Positions 29,055-38,936 of a stretch of DNA of 64,000 nucleotides are shown here, one piece after another. Every line of letters begins with the position of its first letter. Position 1 is the stretch's first letter. The position numbers and the translations under genes are program-made. This stretch comes from Dehalococcoidia bacterium. Lineage in GTDB: Bacteria; Chloroflexota; Dehalococcoidia; UBA2979. Under the pieces are notes generated by a model that saw nothing but the letters and a program-made list of their open reading frames with translations, did no database searches and was not told the DNA's origin. Where the stretch lies: contig OZ253555.1 in NCBI GenBank assembly GCA_965262725.1, positions 2,400,001-2,464,000 on the forward strand, written 5' to 3'.

Positions 29055-31427
29055 TCATGCGCCCTCGGGCATGCGGTAGCCGACGCGGGGCTCGGTGAAG
29101 ATGTATCTCGGTGTGTTCGCGTCGTCTCCGAGCTTGCGGCGGAGGTTCCGCAGGACGGTGCGCATCGGCCGCCGGTCGGCGGTGGGCGTCCGGCCCCACG
29201 CCCGTTGCAGCAGGTGGTCGTAGGTCAGCACGACCCCGGCATGGACGGAGAGCTCGCGGAGCATCCGGTACTCCATGGCGGTCAGGGCCAGCGGCTGCCC
29301 GGCCACGGACACCGCGCGGCGGGCGTAGTCGATTGTCAGATCTCCGAGTACATAGGGCCTGGCGGGCTCGGGCGGATCGGGCAGCACGCGCCGCCTCAGC
29401 GCCGCCCTGATCCTCGCCACCAGCTCGGTGGGCGAGAAGGGCTTGACCACGTAGTCGGAGGCTCCGTTCTCGAAGGCCTCGGCGATGGTCTTGTCGCGCC
29501 CGTACACGGACAGGAAGATGACGGGGATGTCGGCGACGGCGAAGATCTTGCCCATCACGGCGATGCCGTCGCTGTCGGGCAGGATCAGGTCGAGCAGCAC
29601 GAGATGCGGCTCCACGTCCTCGATGAGGCCGGGTACGTCGTCGGGGTCTCCGGTCACGACGGGCGCGTAGCCCGCGTTCGAGAGCACGTCCCGGACGTAG
29701 CGCAGGGTCTCGGGGTCGTCGTCCACCACCAGGATGCGCTCGTGTCCGGCCTTGTCGGTCCCTTCGTTGTTGGGGAGCCGGGTCGGCTGCGGCAGGGTTG
29801 CCTCCACGGCCGGGACGGTGAAGGTGAAGCGGGTGCCCCGGCCGGGCCCGTCGCTCTCGGCCCAGATGCGACCCCCGTGTGCCTCCACGATCCCCCTGCA
29901 GATGGCGAGGCCCAGCCCGGAGCTCTCGGCGGGATGGTCATGGTGCTCCGACGCGATGCGGGTGAACTTCCGGAAGAGGTCGGGCAGGCGTTCCTCGGGC
30001 AGGCCCGAGCCGCGGTCGACGACCGAGAACGCGACGTGGACGCCATCCTGCACGGCGGTGATCCGGATGCCGGAGCCCGTGGGCGAGTACCTGGAGGCAT
30101 TGGCGAGGAGGTTGCTCAGCACCTGCACGATGCGCCTCCTGTCCGCCATGACGTGGGGCAAGTTCGGAGACAGGTCGACGTGGAGGTCGTTCTCGCCGGA
30201 GGCGCTCGCGAACCGGGTCCGGGCTTCCTCGATGACGGTCCTGACGTCCGAGGGTTCGAGGGTGACCGGGAGCGTGCCGGTCTCGATGCGCGCCACGTCC
30301 AGGAGGTCGCTGATCAGGTAGCGCATGTGCTCGGACTGCTCGTCGATGATCCGGAAGAACTGGTCCGCTTCCGCGGGGTCGAGGTCGGATGAGGAGTCGA
30401 GCAGGGTCGCGATGGAGCCCTTGATGGATGTGAGCGGCGTCCTGAGCTCGTGGCTCACCATCGCCAGGAACTCCGCTCGCAGCCGCTCCAGTTCCTTGAG
30501 CGGCGCCAGGTCCTGCATCGTGACGACGTAGGAATCCAGTGCGCCCTCCGCGGTGTGAATCGGCGTGGCATTGAGCAGGACGCTGATGTTCCGCCCGTCC
30601 GGGACCGTCACGAGGACCTCCTCGGCCCGCACGGTCTCGCTCGCCGAGTACTCCGCGAGAGAGTGGTCGAGCGAGAACTCCCGACCGTCCGCTCGCCGGA
30701 CGGTGACGGTGCGGAGGAGATCCTCCACCGATTGAGAGTCCGTCAGCAGGCCGGCGCCGATCCTCATCGCCTCGCGATTCACCGATCGGACCGCCGGGTT
30801 CCTGGCGTCGAGCACGACCACTCCCACGGGGGCGGTGTGGACGAGAGTCTCGAGGTCGGCCCGTGCGCGCTGCTCGTCGCGGTACGTGCGGGCGTTGACG
30901 ATGACGAGCGCCGCCTCCGATGCGAACATCGCGAGGGTCTCCTCGTCCTCCCCGGTGAACTCTCCTCCCCCCTGCCTCTCGAGGAGGTAGAAGTTGCCGA
31001 CGGTCTCGCCGCGGTGGCGGATCGGCGCGCCGAGGAAGGCCGGGGCGGGACTCAGCCCGATCGGCCACGTGAGGTCGGGCATGCCCCAGCCCCGCAAGTG
31101 GGCCCGGAAGTCCTTTATCCGCCGCAGCGCCTGCGTCAGCTCGCCGAGTTGTTCCGCGACCTCGGCGCCGCCGGGGATGTCCCACAGCTCGCGGGCCTGT
31201 TGCTGCTCCATCCCGGAGGCGAGGAAGCGCGGCACCTCTCCCGTCGCACCGAGCACGCTGACGACGCCGTAGGTGGCCCCGGTCAGTGACCGGGCGCTGT
31301 CCAGCACACCCTGCAGCACCGTCTCGAAGTCGAGGCTCTCGTTGATGCGGAGGCTGGCCTCGCTCAGCCGCGAGAGCCGTGCCCGCAGATGCGCCACCTC
31401 CCGCTCCAGGTCACCGGTGTCCGTCAT
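29055..31427 (-). CDS. Cytoplasmic hybrid regulator: GAF-PAS-HisKA-HATPase-REC-OmpR/KdpE wHTH
   Basis: AMVSHELRTPLTSIKG, QVLSNLLANA, GLGLAIC, ILVVDDD, LLDLILP, DYVVKPF, YIFTEPRVGYRM; no TM helix. Confidence 0.92.
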   Translation of the reverse strand: MTDTGDLEREVAHLRARLSRLSEASLRINESLDFETVLQGVLDSARSLTGATYGVVSVLGATGEVPRFLASGMEQQQARELWDIPGGAEVAEQLGELTQALRRIKDFRAHLRGWGMPDLTWPIGLSPAPAFLGAPIRHRGETVGNFYLLERQGGGEFTGEDEETLAMFASEAALVIVNARTYRDEQRARADLETLVHTAPVGVVVLDARNPAVRSVNREAMRIGAGLLTDSQSVEDLLRTVTVRRADGREFSLDHSLAEYSASETVRAEEVLVTVPDGRNISVLLNATPIHTAEGALDSYVVTMQDLAPLKELERLRAEFLAMVSHELRTPLTSIKGSIATLLDSSSDLDPAEADQFFRIIDEQSEHMRYLISDLLDVARIETGTLPVTLEPSDVRTVIEEARTRFASASGENDLHVDLSPNLPHVMADRRRIVQVLSNLLANASRYSPTGSGIRITAVQDGVHVAFSVVDRGSGLPEERLPDLFRKFTRIASEHHDHPAESSGLGLAICRGIVEAHGGRIWAESDGPGRGTRFTFTVPAVEATLPQPTRLPNNEGTDKAGHERILVVDDDPETLRYVRDVLSNAGYAPVVTGDPDDVPGLIEDVEPHLVLLDLILPDSDGIAVMGKIFAVADIPVIFLSVYGRDKTIAEAFENGASDYVVKPFSPTELVARIRAALRRRVLPDPPEPARPYVLGDLTIDYARRAVSVAGQPLALTAMEYRMLRELSVHAGVVLTYDHLLQRAWGRTPTADRRPMRTVLRNLRRKLGDDANTPRYIFTEPRVGYRMPEGA

Positions 31428-31689
31428 GCGTCCCTCCTCCTGCTTGTGCCGTGGACGGCTGGAGGCGCGTCCCGCCTGAGCCGGCCCCGGTTATACGCGC
31501 GGATCGCGAGCGTGGAGGGCCTCCGGCGTCGTCGCGGGCCGGAACTCACCCAACCTCATACCGATTAGAACCACTAATCACACTTAGCTGATGATGGAAG
31601 TACTCAAGACTATAGGCCGAGGAGGCGACTGTGAAGGAACGAGGACATAGAGCGATGAGCAAGAACACCCGCTGTGAGTAATCTCGAAG

Positions 31690-31970
31690 TCGTCGGCGTC
31701 AAGGTCGATGTCGGCGCAGTCGGTCATCGTCCAGTACGTGTGATCGCCGAGAAAGAGATAGCGCCGCGACTGCCCGAAGAAGCGGCACTCGACGCCCTCC
31801 CCACGCGCGATTCGGGCACAGAAGACATCGAGCAGCGCCTGCTGCCTATCGCGGCGAACGACGACTTACTCGTGGGGCCAGGTCTCGCGGTAGGTCACTG
31901 CCTCGCGCCACGGGCCCGTGCGATCAACGTCATGATGTCCGGTGCGTCCGCGGCGACCATGCGGCGCATT
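31690..31970 (-). pseudogene. Pseudogene of a hypothetical protein
   Basis: IMTLIAR (frameshift) PWREAVTYRETWPHE*VVVRRD...RYLFLGDHTYWTMT. Confidence 0.5.
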
Positions 31971-32034
31971 CTGTCAGGCCGCGAGCCGCACCTCCATACG
32001 GCACCGGCGGATCGGAGCTCTCGACGTCACCACC

Positions 32035-33777
32035 TCAGGCGAGGCGGTACTCAAGGAGCGACGAGCGCCCGGTGATCGCGGCGATGCGCACGAGCAACTC
32101 GCGGCCGTTCGCGTCCGTCAGGCGCAGCTCCTCCTCGCCCGGAACGAACCGGACCGGCTGCTGCTCGCCACCGTTGATGGCGATGTTCGAGGCGTAGAGA
32201 TACGTCCTGAAGCTCGTATCGAGGATCGGGTTGAGACGCCCCGCGAGGCCGGGAATGTGGCCCGTACCCTCCGGGAACACGACCGAGCCACCACCCGGGA
32301 GCGCGGTGAGTTCGACTGCGAGCGCCCGTTCCGACGGGATCCAGCCCCCTTCGACGTGCACGGCGCAGCCGTCCGCCGCGACATACACCGTCATCGGCAG
32401 GTGAACCGAGTGCAGGTCGAGTAGCGCCTCGCCGTCCGCATTGGTGGACGCGCGCTTCCACGTGTTGTTCGGGAAGAGCGCCACCACGTCGGCACCGGCG
32501 AGTAGTAGTCCGCCCCGGCGAACCGTGATCACCACGCTCGCCGGCCCGGAGTCCGGCTCCGCGGCAGGCAGCGTGAGGCAGAGCTCGGAGCCGTCGATGA
32601 GCCGGAACTCCGGCTCCCTGCCGGTTAGCTCTCGCGTCTCGCGGCGGATGATCGGCACGCCGTCGCCGCGGCGCTCCATGAAGTAGCGCCTGCCCCCGGC
32701 ACCTTCGACGGAGCCTGCGTCCACGCGGCCGAGCACCGAGGTCAGCACCTCGTTTCGCGTCGACTGCCGCTCGCCCATGCTCTCGATCGTGAGGTTGTTC
32801 GGGAGCGCGCCCGGCGAGCAGAGCTCGAGCCGGTCGGAGAAGATCGAGAGCCTGATGCGGCTCCCGCGGATCGAGTAGTCACGGTGGACCACGGCGTTCA
32901 CGATCGCCTCGAAGAGCGCCTGCGTGCTGTACTCGGGGAGGTTTTCTCGGGCGGGGGTCTTGCGCGCCCCGACCTGCATGTTGCGCACGGCGAAGGCGAG
33001 CGCCTGCGTGATCTGGCGATCGATCGGCCCAGTGATCTCCTGCGCGTCAACCTGCCCCGACGAGCGATCCGCGCCCCGGTAGCGGACGGCAGTGACGCCG
33101 GCATTCGGGAGGAACTGCTCCGGGTGAGCGGTGCAGACCAGCACGCCGGCCACGGTCGCGCGCGTCACGCCGCGCTCGTCCGTTGCGAGCAGGCCGAGCT
33201 TCTCGAGCGCGACCTCCGGGTCAGCGAGACCCTCGGCACTGAGGATCGGCTTCCACAACTCCTCGTCGAGAGTAGCGAACCCGGTTTCGTGCACGATCTG
33301 CTCGTCGAAGCTGGTGAATCGAACCTGGCCGCGGCGCTGTGCCAGTCGCATCCGCTCGTCGGGCGTCACCGGCTGCTTCGAGCTACCGACACGGACATAG
33401 CTGCCACCGGGACTGTCGTGCTGGGCATGTCCTTCGGGGACCCCGACGAGGATGAGCGAGCGTCCGTCGAGTTCCAGGCGGTAGGCCTCGAGCCGAATCG
33501 CTGGCTTGATGGAGTCCCTCGCGATCTCCCCGACCAGGCGCTCCACCTCGTCGAGGCGCTCGCGGGACATGACCGGCACCTCGCCGGTGTCCGTGACGCC
33601 GAGAAGCAGCACGCCGCCGCTTGCGTTGGCGAAGGCGGCGACCTCGTCGGCCCAGTCGTCGCGATGATCCCGGACGGGTCGGTCGCTCCGGAACTCGACC
33701 TCCTTGCACTCCCACCCGCTGTCCTCGCCGAGGCGCAACCGGCTGCGGATTTCGTCTTCGCTGTACGGCATCGTCAT
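32035..33777 (-). CDS. AlbA_2 (Schlafen-like) + HATPase_c_4 ATP-binding protein with C-terminal beta-rich extension
   Basis: GEDSGWECK, VAAFANASGGVLLLGVTD, EAIVNAVVHRDY, DRLELCSPGALP, MERRGDGV. Confidence 0.85.
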   Translation of the reverse strand: MTMPYSEDEIRSRLRLGEDSGWECKEVEFRSDRPVRDHRDDWADEVAAFANASGGVLLLGVTDTGEVPVMSRERLDEVERLVGEIARDSIKPAIRLEAYRLELDGRSLILVGVPEGHAQHDSPGGSYVRVGSSKQPVTPDERMRLAQRRGQVRFTSFDEQIVHETGFATLDEELWKPILSAEGLADPEVALEKLGLLATDERGVTRATVAGVLVCTAHPEQFLPNAGVTAVRYRGADRSSGQVDAQEITGPIDRQITQALAFAVRNMQVGARKTPARENLPEYSTQALFEAIVNAVVHRDYSIRGSRIRLSIFSDRLELCSPGALPNNLTIESMGERQSTRNEVLTSVLGRVDAGSVEGAGGRRYFMERRGDGVPIIRRETRELTGREPEFRLIDGSELCLTLPAAEPDSGPASVVITVRRGGLLLAGADVVALFPNNTWKRASTNADGEALLDLHSVHLPMTVYVAADGCAVHVEGGWIPSERALAVELTALPGGGSVVFPEGTGHIPGLAGRLNPILDTSFRTYLYASNIAINGGEQQPVRFVPGEEELRLTDANGRELLVRIAAITGRSSLLEYRLA

Positions 33778-33923
33778 CGCTGGCTCAGCCCGTTCCAACG
33801 TTCACCGCGGTTCGCAGGTTGCCACGCGGTGCTGGACAAGCCCGACATCCTCGCTGGGCTCGGTGACCGCCTGCCGTGTAAACAGGGTGAGAGCCGGCGG
33901 ATTCGGGCACCGCATTCGTCACT

Positions 33924-34268
33924 CTACTTTATGCCGAGCGGCCCCAATCGATCCTGCCGCTCGGTCGCGAGTCGGCGAATCCGCTCCACCACGCGCTCGA
34001 CCGGCACACTGCGCACCCGCAGGAAGTTCCCTGCGGAGTCCGCGTCCAGGCCGCTCCGCTCGTTCGCCTCGATCAGGAGTTCGGTGCCCTGGCCATCGAA
34101 GTCCGGCTGCCATGTGGCACGCGGCACGATGATGCGCACCGGCACCCGCATCAAGCGCCGGCGAGTTCACGACCACCGCCGGTCGGACCCGCTGGAGCTC
34201 AGTCCCCCATGGGCGCGCGGCAGGCGGACCAGCCAAACCGCGCCCCGTGTCGGCGGAGCGGTGGCCAC
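33924..34268 (-). pseudogene. Frameshifted PemK/MazF toxin
   Basis: RGAVWLVRL / ELQRVRPAVVVNS / VPVRIIVP...GLDADSAGNFLRVRSV spread over shifted frames. Confidence 0.65.
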
Positions 34269-34279
34269 ATCCCGCCGAC

Positions 34280-35188
34280 TCACTCCTCGATGCCGTCGCC
34301 CGCGGTCTCGTCCCGAACCCCGGTCTCGTCGGCGTCAACGACAATGCCGGCTACCCGAATAGCACGGTGGCGTTCCTCAAGCGACTGCCTCGCGAGGTCA
34401 CGCGGTGACGAACGACCCGACCGCGCCTGCTCGGCGTCGCTTGCGGAGTCCGGGTAGAGGCGGCCTGGTGTCGCGCATTCGTCCTCGTCGCTGACGCTCT
34501 CGCTGACGAAGCTGAGGAACTTGTCGCCGAGTGGCGTGGTCAGCCTTTGGTCGACCGGGTCCCTGGACGCCGCGACTGCGGCAGATCCGCCCATGACGAG
34601 GCCTCGGCTCTCGAGGTCGGTTCTGAGCAGGGTGTACACGTCGAACGGAACATCAGGAAGGAGTCGCTCAACAACCCGGCGGAACGAGCGATCGATCGTG
34701 AGTGGCACGGTCGTCCCGTGCCCGGTTGCGAATGCCCGCGTGCTCTGGAGCATGTGCAGCACCCGCAGATGCGACGGAGCAAGTACGTCAATCAGGTTGA
34801 GGAACATGGAGTCCAGGTCGCGGTCTGGCTCCTCGCGCAGGGCGACGTGCGCCAGGGCGCTCTTCAACGTCCGCCACTGCTCCTCTCTGTGGGTGCAGAG
34901 AGCGATACGGGTCGCTGCCAGTACCGCATCGATCCATTCGTCGTTGGCTGATAGCGACGCCACGGTCAGGCTTGGGTTCCGGGCCTGGAGGTCATTCACA
35001 AGTTCTGCCAGTTCGTTGAACCACTGGATGCGTCGCTTCTCGATCACGGGCGTGAACATCACGTCGATCAGCGCGGCGGCTGGAGCGCCAAGAGCTGGTA
35101 TCAGGGCGAGCACCCTTCGGGCCATGTCCTCGGCGATCTCGCCCCTGGAGGGCTCTGGGTACGACTCCACTGAGCCCGATTCTGACAC
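34280..35188 (-). CDS. Hypothetical protein (Abi-alpha-like helical N-terminal region; tail may be a fused antitoxin relic)
   Basis: IPALG...EKRRIQWFNEL...DAVLAATRIAL...FLNLIDVLAPSHLRVL; GTAGGTAG before GTG. Confidence 0.6.
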   Translation of the reverse strand: MSESGSVESYPEPSRGEIAEDMARRVLALIPALGAPAAALIDVMFTPVIEKRRIQWFNELAELVNDLQARNPSLTVASLSANDEWIDAVLAATRIALCTHREEQWRTLKSALAHVALREEPDRDLDSMFLNLIDVLAPSHLRVLHMLQSTRAFATGHGTTVPLTIDRSFRRVVERLLPDVPFDVYTLLRTDLESRGLVMGGSAAVAASRDPVDQRLTTPLGDKFLSFVSESVSDEDECATPGRLYPDSASDAEQARSGRSSPRDLARQSLEERHRAIRVAGIVVDADETGVRDETAGDGIEE

Positions 35189-35262
35189 CTGCTACCTACC
35201 TACTCCGGCCGTTTCGGTCTGCGAGCGATCGTAGCGCGGCCGCAAGCCCGTAGCATCGAGGT

Positions 35263-35415
35263 CTAGCAGGGTGCTGAAAAAGGGTTGAGCTGGGGGCATG
35301 GGGGAAAGAACGGAGGTTCCCCATGCTTGAGCGAGGGCGGCAGACCACGATCATGCTGGCGGTGACCGCCGAGGCGTTCGTCCCGAACGACCATCCCCTG
35401 CGGCGCATCAAGCCG
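35263..35415 (+). mobile_element. Left-end remnant of an IS5/IS1182-like element
   Basis: CTAG + CAGGGTGCTGAAAAA; QTTIMLAVTAEAFVPNDHPLRRIK. Confidence 0.7.
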
Positions 35416-35455
35416 CAGCCCGTGCCCTACAATCCGCCGCGAAAGGTTTTGCCCT

Positions 35456-37432
35456 ATGCCCTCGTCGACGCCACAGGTCGCCCCGTACGGCTCGTGGAAG
35501 TCCCCAATCACCTCTGACGTGATCACCTCCCAGGCCATCCGCCTTGGAGGGACAGCGCTCGATGGGCAGGTCGCCTACTGGCTCGAAGGACGACCAACGG
35601 AAGAAGGGCGCTACGTTCTTGTGCGCGGCGAGGCTGACGGCACATCAACCGATCTCACGCCACCTGGCTACAACGTGCGTACCCGCGTCCACGAGTACGG
35701 CGGCGCACCGGTCTTGATCCACGACGGGATCACCTACTTTGCGAACTTCGCCGACCAGCGTGTCTACCGACGTTCGGACGAAGCGCCTGATCCCGTTCCT
35801 ATCACCCCCAACCGACCGCTTCGCTTCGCTGACATGCGCTACGACTCGCAGCGGGACCGGCTTATCGCGATCTGCGAGGACCACACTCATGGTGGCCAGG
35901 AAGCGCGCAACTATCTCGTTGCTCTCGAGCCTTCGCCCGGCGGTGCAGAAAAGAGCCCTATCGTCGTGACGGAGGGGCATGATTTCTACGCCTACCCTCG
36001 TCTCTCCCCTGATGGGACCCGCCTCGCCTGGTTGGACTGGGACCATCCCAACATGCCGTGGGACGGCTCCGAGCTCCGCGTCGCTGACCTCGATGACAAC
36101 GGCAGGGTCATCTCCGACCACCTCATCGCTGGCAGAGCAGACGAGTCGGTCTTCCAGCCTGAGTGGGCTCCCGACGGCAGCCTCTACTTCATCTCAGACC
36201 GCAGCGGCTGGTGGAATCTCTACCGCTTTCGAGACGCCAAGGTCGAGCAGGTGGTTGCGATCGACGCCGAGATGGGCCGCCCGATGTGGGGACTCGGCTC
36301 CGGCACCTACACGATCCTGGACAGCCAGCGCGCCCTGGCCGCCATCGCCCGGGACGGTCGCTGGACCCTTCACCGCGTCGATCTTGAATCGGGCGACCTT
36401 GCGGTCGTCGACACGCCGTACTCGTACTTCGACGAACTCAAGTCCTCCGGCCACGTTGTGACCTTCCTCGCTGGTAGCTCCACTGGCTTCGAAGCTGTCG
36501 TTGCATTCGACCCAGCGACGGACACGTGCCGCGAGCTGCAAACCGCCAGTGACGTCGAGATTGACCTCGGCTACCTGGCGCCAGCCGAGGCGATCGAGTT
36601 CCCGACGCGCGGCGACCTCTTCACCGACGACGGGGGCGGCCAGGTGACGGCCCACGCCTTCTACTATCCACCCACGAACGCTGACTTCGTCGGCCCGGCT
36701 GACGAACGTCCGCCGCTCGTGGTGATGAGCCATGGAGGTCCAACGTCCGCGACCGTCGACATCCTGCGTCTGGGTCTTCAATACTGGACCAGCCGCGGCT
36801 TTGCTGTGCTCAACGTCAACTACGGCGGCAGCACCGGGTACGGCACCGCGTACCGACGCCGCCTGAACGGTAACTGGGGCATCGTGGACGTGGACGACTG
36901 CATCAACGGTGCCAGATTCCTCATCGATCGTGGCGACATCGATCCCCAGAGATGCGCCATCACCGGGGGGAGCGCTGGCGGCTGGACCACCCTCTGCGCC
37001 CTCACCTTCCGAGATTTCTTCGCAGCCGGTGCGTCGCACTTCGGCGTAAGCGATGCCACCGCCTTGGCGACCGACACGCACAAGTTCGAGTCCCGTTACC
37101 TGGACTCGCTCATCGGCCCCTACCCGGAGCGCACCGACCTCTACGACGAGCGCTCGCCCATCCACCACACGGATCTGCTCAACTGCCCGGTGGCCTTCTT
37201 CCAGGGGCTCGATGATGAGATCGTCCCGCCTGATCAGTCGGAGCGCATGGTGAACGCCCTGCGGGAGAGGGGCCTCCCGGTAGCCTATGCAACGTTCGAA
37301 GGAGAGCAGCACGGCTTCCGCCGCGCATCGAGCATCAAGGCCGCTCTCGAAGGGGAGCTCTACTTCTACAGCCGGATCTTTGGCTTCCAGGTCGCTGATG
37401 AGATCGAGCCTCTCTCGATCGAGAACCTCTAG
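35456..37432 (+). CDS. S9-family (prolyl oligopeptidase/acylaminoacyl) peptidase
   Basis: APYGSWKSPI, RTRVHEYGG, HGGPT, VNYGGSTGYG, GGSAGG, FQGLDDEIVP, EGEQHGFR. Confidence 0.95.
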   Translation: MPSSTPQVAPYGSWKSPITSDVITSQAIRLGGTALDGQVAYWLEGRPTEEGRYVLVRGEADGTSTDLTPPGYNVRTRVHEYGGAPVLIHDGITYFANFADQRVYRRSDEAPDPVPITPNRPLRFADMRYDSQRDRLIAICEDHTHGGQEARNYLVALEPSPGGAEKSPIVVTEGHDFYAYPRLSPDGTRLAWLDWDHPNMPWDGSELRVADLDDNGRVISDHLIAGRADESVFQPEWAPDGSLYFISDRSGWWNLYRFRDAKVEQVVAIDAEMGRPMWGLGSGTYTILDSQRALAAIARDGRWTLHRVDLESGDLAVVDTPYSYFDELKSSGHVVTFLAGSSTGFEAVVAFDPATDTCRELQTASDVEIDLGYLAPAEAIEFPTRGDLFTDDGGGQVTAHAFYYPPTNADFVGPADERPPLVVMSHGGPTSATVDILRLGLQYWTSRGFAVLNVNYGGSTGYGTAYRRRLNGNWGIVDVDDCINGARFLIDRGDIDPQRCAITGGSAGGWTTLCALTFRDFFAAGASHFGVSDATALATDTHKFESRYLDSLIGPYPERTDLYDERSPIHHTDLLNCPVAFFQGLDDEIVPPDQSERMVNALRERGLPVAYATFEGEQHGFRRASSIKAALEGELYFYSRIFGFQVADEIEPLSIENL

Positions 37433-37450
37433 CAGGGTGATGAAAAAATG
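37429..37450 (+). mobile_element. Second IS-end remnant of the same type, at the peptidase stop codon
   Basis: CTAG + CAGGGTGATGAAAAAA. Confidence 0.6.
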
Positions 37451-37474
37451 GCGGTAGTCTGGCAGGATAGGAGT

Positions 37475-37543
37475 GGCGACTGTGTCGATGACATCACTGA
37501 ACTGGGCGATCCCGTGGGCATGAGCCCGGTGAACGCTGCCCCC
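37475..37543 (+). pseudogene. 69-bp fragment of a paralog of the dikinase-like surface gene
   Basis: GDCVDDITELGDPVGMSPVNAAP vs GDCIDDITELADPVGMNPVNPAP in copy A. Confidence 0.75.
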
Positions 37544-37691
37544 CTGATGGAATGATGGCACCGCACAGGATCTTCCCCCGGGCCTGCTCATGTGGATCGA
37601 ATCCGTGGGTGCCACAGGGGCGCGCCTCCTGGGCCATCGTCAGGCCCGCTAGTGAGCGTCGAACATCTCTCCTACGCGCCGCCAGCACCGG

Positions 37692-38213
37692 CTAAGACGT
37701 GCGCGCCTCGACCGCCCGCGCGATTGTTGCGAGCGGCATGATCAGTCGGAACTCGCTGTCAAGCAGCGTGATTGCGCCGAGGCGTCTGTACCAACTCGCG
37801 GCGGCCTCGTCCTTCGCCTCAATGAAGAGCGCGAGTCCGCCCACTTCGTCGGCCGCCCGCAGGCAGCGAAGGCCTGCCGCTAGAAACAATTCAGAGCCGA
37901 TCCCCTGCCGCTGCAGATCCCGGTGGACTGCGAGCCGGGCGAGCAGAAAGACAGGAAGCGGGTAGCGGGGGAAGCGCCTCGTGAGATCCTCGGGGACCGT
38001 GTCAAAGTCCACGGACGCGGGCGTGATCGAGTAGTAGCCGAGTATGCGAGACGGCTCAGTGATGGGGACCGCCACGTACGTCTTTGTATGGCTGCGGTCG
38101 TGGTTCTGCCGAGCGTAGCGCCTCAGGTATTCGTTGAGGTCGTCGGACCCGCAGTCGAAGCCGGCGCGATCGTGCTGTGAGGAGATTGCTTCCTCACGCC
38201 AGGCCACAGCCAC
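37692..38213 (-). CDS. GNAT-family acetyltransferase toxin (TacT/AtaT-like)
   Basis: HDRAGFDCGSDDLNEYL, LGYYSI, LLARLAVH..QRQGIG, EAKDEAAASWY. Confidence 0.9.
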   Translation of the reverse strand: MAVAWREEAISSQHDRAGFDCGSDDLNEYLRRYARQNHDRSHTKTYVAVPITEPSRILGYYSITPASVDFDTVPEDLTRRFPRYPLPVFLLARLAVHRDLQRQGIGSELFLAAGLRCLRAADEVGGLALFIEAKDEAAASWYRRLGAITLLDSEFRLIMPLATIARAVEARTS

Positions 38214-38486
38214 CTATGCGATTTGAGTGCGCCGGCGCGCCGCCGCGAGCAGGGCGTCGGATGGCTCGGGAGGGTCGTCCAGGAGTTCAAGCATCTGAGC
38301 CGCTGCTCGTGCCGACAGTGAGACTCGCTCAGTTCGTGCGACCACCTCGCGGGCCCGGGGCAGAACGGTGGCCCTGATGAATGAGGTCACATCGAGACCC
38401 TGGCAGGCGGCTGCCTCCATGAGGAGCTGCTTCTCGTCGCTCGTTGTGCGGAGTTCGATCCGGTCATTCCGCCGAGTCGTGGGCAT
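38214..38486 (-). CDS. DUF1778 RHH antitoxin (TacA-like)
   Basis: NDRIELRTTSDEKQLLMEAA...VTSFI...LLDDPPEPSDAL. Confidence 0.9.
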   Translation of the reverse strand: MPTTRRNDRIELRTTSDEKQLLMEAAACQGLDVTSFIRATVLPRAREVVARTERVSLSARAAAQMLELLDDPPEPSDALLAAARRRTQIA

Positions 38487-38649
38487 GTGACCCTCCAGCG
38501 ACACATCTCTTGTAGGAGTGTACGTACACTAGCCGTACGCTTCCACGCTGTCCAGCGGGGCTGGACACTCTCCCCGGCTGAATGTACCCAGGATGTACCC
38601 AGCACCGGCGGCCGTGCGGCGTCCCATGTCCGGGCTTGGCTTTGGTGGT

Positions 38650-38677
38650 TGGTGGGCCTGAAGGGACTCGAACCCCT
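38650..38677 (-). tRNA. tRNA 3'-end remnant (T arm + GGCCCACCA, Ile-like); att-site-like
   Basis: Minus strand AGGGGTTCGAGTCCCTTCAGGCCCACCA; rest of the cloverleaf absent. Confidence 0.7.
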
Positions 38678-38854
38678 CTACACTGCCAGGGCGCTTCTGT
38701 CGATAAGGAGAGCGGTGAAGTAGCAGACCCGGTGGATCGTGTCCTGGGGGAAGAGGGTCTCGGACAGCTTTCGCAGATCCAGCCACTTGAACGGTGTGCG
38801 CCGGAGAGCGCGGTAGTAGAGATTGAATCCATCTATGTAGACGTTCGTGATCAA
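38678..38854 (-). pseudogene. Truncated NYN-domain (LabA/DUF88-like) RNase
   Basis: LITNVYIDGFNLYYRAL...FKWLDL...IHRVCYFTA; ends after 58 codons at the tRNA remnant. Confidence 0.8.
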
Positions 38855-38859
38855 TCGTT

Positions 38860-38930
38860 ACACCCTGACAAAGACAGAGACCGCCTCGAAGGGCGGTCTC
38901 GACCCGACCGGCGAAGCGGCCGGGGTGGTG
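38860..38930 (-). ncRNA. Candidate structured leader/small RNA upstream of the NYN gene
   Basis: Hairpins CCCGGCCG-CTTCGC-CGGTCGGG and GAGACCGCC-CTTCGA-GGCGGTCTC followed by TGTCTTTGT. Confidence 0.5.
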
Positions 38931-38936
38931 CAGCAG

